A DNA stretch of 64,000 nucleotides from an uncultured Gemmatimonadales bacterium (GTDB taxonomy: Bacteria > Gemmatimonadota > Gemmatimonadetes > Longimicrobiales > Gaopeijiaceae). The notes beneath the pieces are model-generated. The model did no database searches and had not been told where the DNA came from. It worked only from the letters and a program-made list of their open reading frames with translations. Below, piece by piece: positions 63,002 to 64,000 of the stretch. The stretch's first letter is position 1. Every line of letters begins with the position of its first letter. The stretch spans positions 231,460-295,459 of the forward strand of contig CAWGKG010000023.1 of assembly GCA_963823035.1 (NCBI GenBank). The letters run 5' to 3'. The translations under genes and the position numbers were made by a program.

Positions 63002-63922
63002 GTGCACCGCACCGCGTTCGGGTACTTCGGGCCGGCATGTCTGGCCGCCGTCTTCGCGTCCCTCGCCGCGCCCGTACGCGCCCAGCAGCCGACCACGTTG
63101 GAGCTTCCCGAAAAGGACGCCCAGCTCCAGTCCGCGCTCGTGCGCGTTCTCAACCTTCCGACGTATCGGCGGCTGGTGACGGAGCGGCGCCTGTCGGTCG
63201 CACTGGTGGACCTGTCGGACCCGGACAACGTCCGTTACGCCGGCCTGGACGACGATCGCGAGCGGTACGCGGCCAGCCTTCCCAAGATCGGCATCCTGCT
63301 GGGCGTCTTCGACCAGATCGATCGGGGCAACCTGCGCTACACGCCCCAGCTCAAGGCCAAGCTGGAGCGGATGATCCGCCGCTCGGACAACGCGATGTCC
63401 AGCGAGCTCATCGGACTCGTGGGCTTCCCGGCCATCGCCGCCGCGCTGCGGGATCCCCGGCATGCGCTGTACGACCCGGATCGGGGCGGCGGCATCTGGG
63501 TGGGCCGGGGGTACGGCGGAAAGGTCGGACTTTGGCGCCGCGACCCCATCGGCAACCAGTCCCACGGGGCCACGGCGCGTCAGGCCGCGCGCTTCCTGGT
63601 GATGATGGACCAGGGAGGGTTGGTCAGTCCCTGGGCCTCTCGGGAGATGAAGGACATCCTGAGCAAGCCCGCGATCCACCACAAGTTCGTGCGGGGCCTG
63701 GACGCCCGCCCCAACTCGGTGATCTACCGGAAGTCCGGGACCTGGAAGCAATGGCACGCCGATGCCGCCCTGGTCGAGCGTGACGGCAAGAAGTACGTCG
63801 CCGTCGCCCTGCTGGACTCCTCGAACACGGCGGGCGGGACCGTCCTCTCCAACCTCATCGTCCGGTTGGACGACCTCGTCTTCAAGCCCCGCGCCGCCAC
63901 CCAGGACGCCATCGCTCGCTAG
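63002..63922 (+). CDS. Exported serine hydrolase, class A beta-lactamase-like fold
   Basis: Signal peptide ending VRA-QQ; ASLPK (SxxK), SDN, RKSGT, HADAALV. Confidence 0.88.
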   Translation: MHRTAFGYFGPACLAAVFASLAAPVRAQQPTTLELPEKDAQLQSALVRVLNLPTYRRLVTERRLSVALVDLSDPDNVRYAGLDDDRERYAASLPKIGILLGVFDQIDRGNLRYTPQLKAKLERMIRRSDNAMSSELIGLVGFPAIAAALRDPRHALYDPDRGGGIWVGRGYGGKVGLWRRDPIGNQSHGATARQAARFLVMMDQGGLVSPWASREMKDILSKPAIHHKFVRGLDARPNSVIYRKSGTWKQWHADAALVERDGKKYVAVALLDSSNTAGGTVLSNLIVRLDDLVFKPRAATQDAIAR

Positions 63923-63934
63923 CCTCGGTGGCCG

Positions 63935-64000
63935 TTACGTCTTCGAGCCGCCGCGGCCGATCGAGGCCTCGATGGCTTCCAGCGCCTCCCTCGCTTCGGT
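63935..64000 (-). CDS. Probable 3' end of a convergent gene running off the window
   Basis: Open frame ...EAREALEAIEASIGRGGSKT-stop (TAA at 63935-63937). Confidence 0.35.
   Translation of the reverse strand, partial: TEAREALEAIEASIGRGGSKT

Overview
Very GC-rich bacterial DNA, densely coding. The gene inventory (PadR-led duplicated ABC permeases, a TIGR02999/ECF43 sigma factor with TPR Ser/Thr kinases, a PEP-CTERM protein, many exported hydrolases) suggests Gemmatimonadota or a similar lineage; this is inference only. Many genes are split by single-base indels and three long homopolymers (G23 at 666-688, T-rich 1761-1792, T36 at 46914-46949) border garbled sequence, so this looks like an error-prone assembly and most frameshifts are probably not biological. 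No rRNA, tRNA, CRISPR array or transposase was recognised. Best candidate for an undescribed system: 58706-63922, an operon encoding a signal-peptide-bearing dikinase with the domain order and motifs of plant glucan,water dikinases (phospho-His domain before the ATP-grasp), followed by two exported class A beta-lactamase-fold serine enzymes. It lies back-to-back with an operon for an NTT/TLC-type nucleotide translocase-HEAT protein, a cNMP-binding protein and a PLP decarboxylase. Other highlights: a 29-bp element repeated on both sides of the ECF43/kinase pair (candidate target promoter), a rhodanese-YeeE-YeeE-rhodanese operon ending in an RRRGCGF tail, a sigma-54 promoter with enhancer-like sites before the PEP-CTERM gene, a low-GC membrane-anchored receiver gene, and a 660-bp diverged direct duplication.
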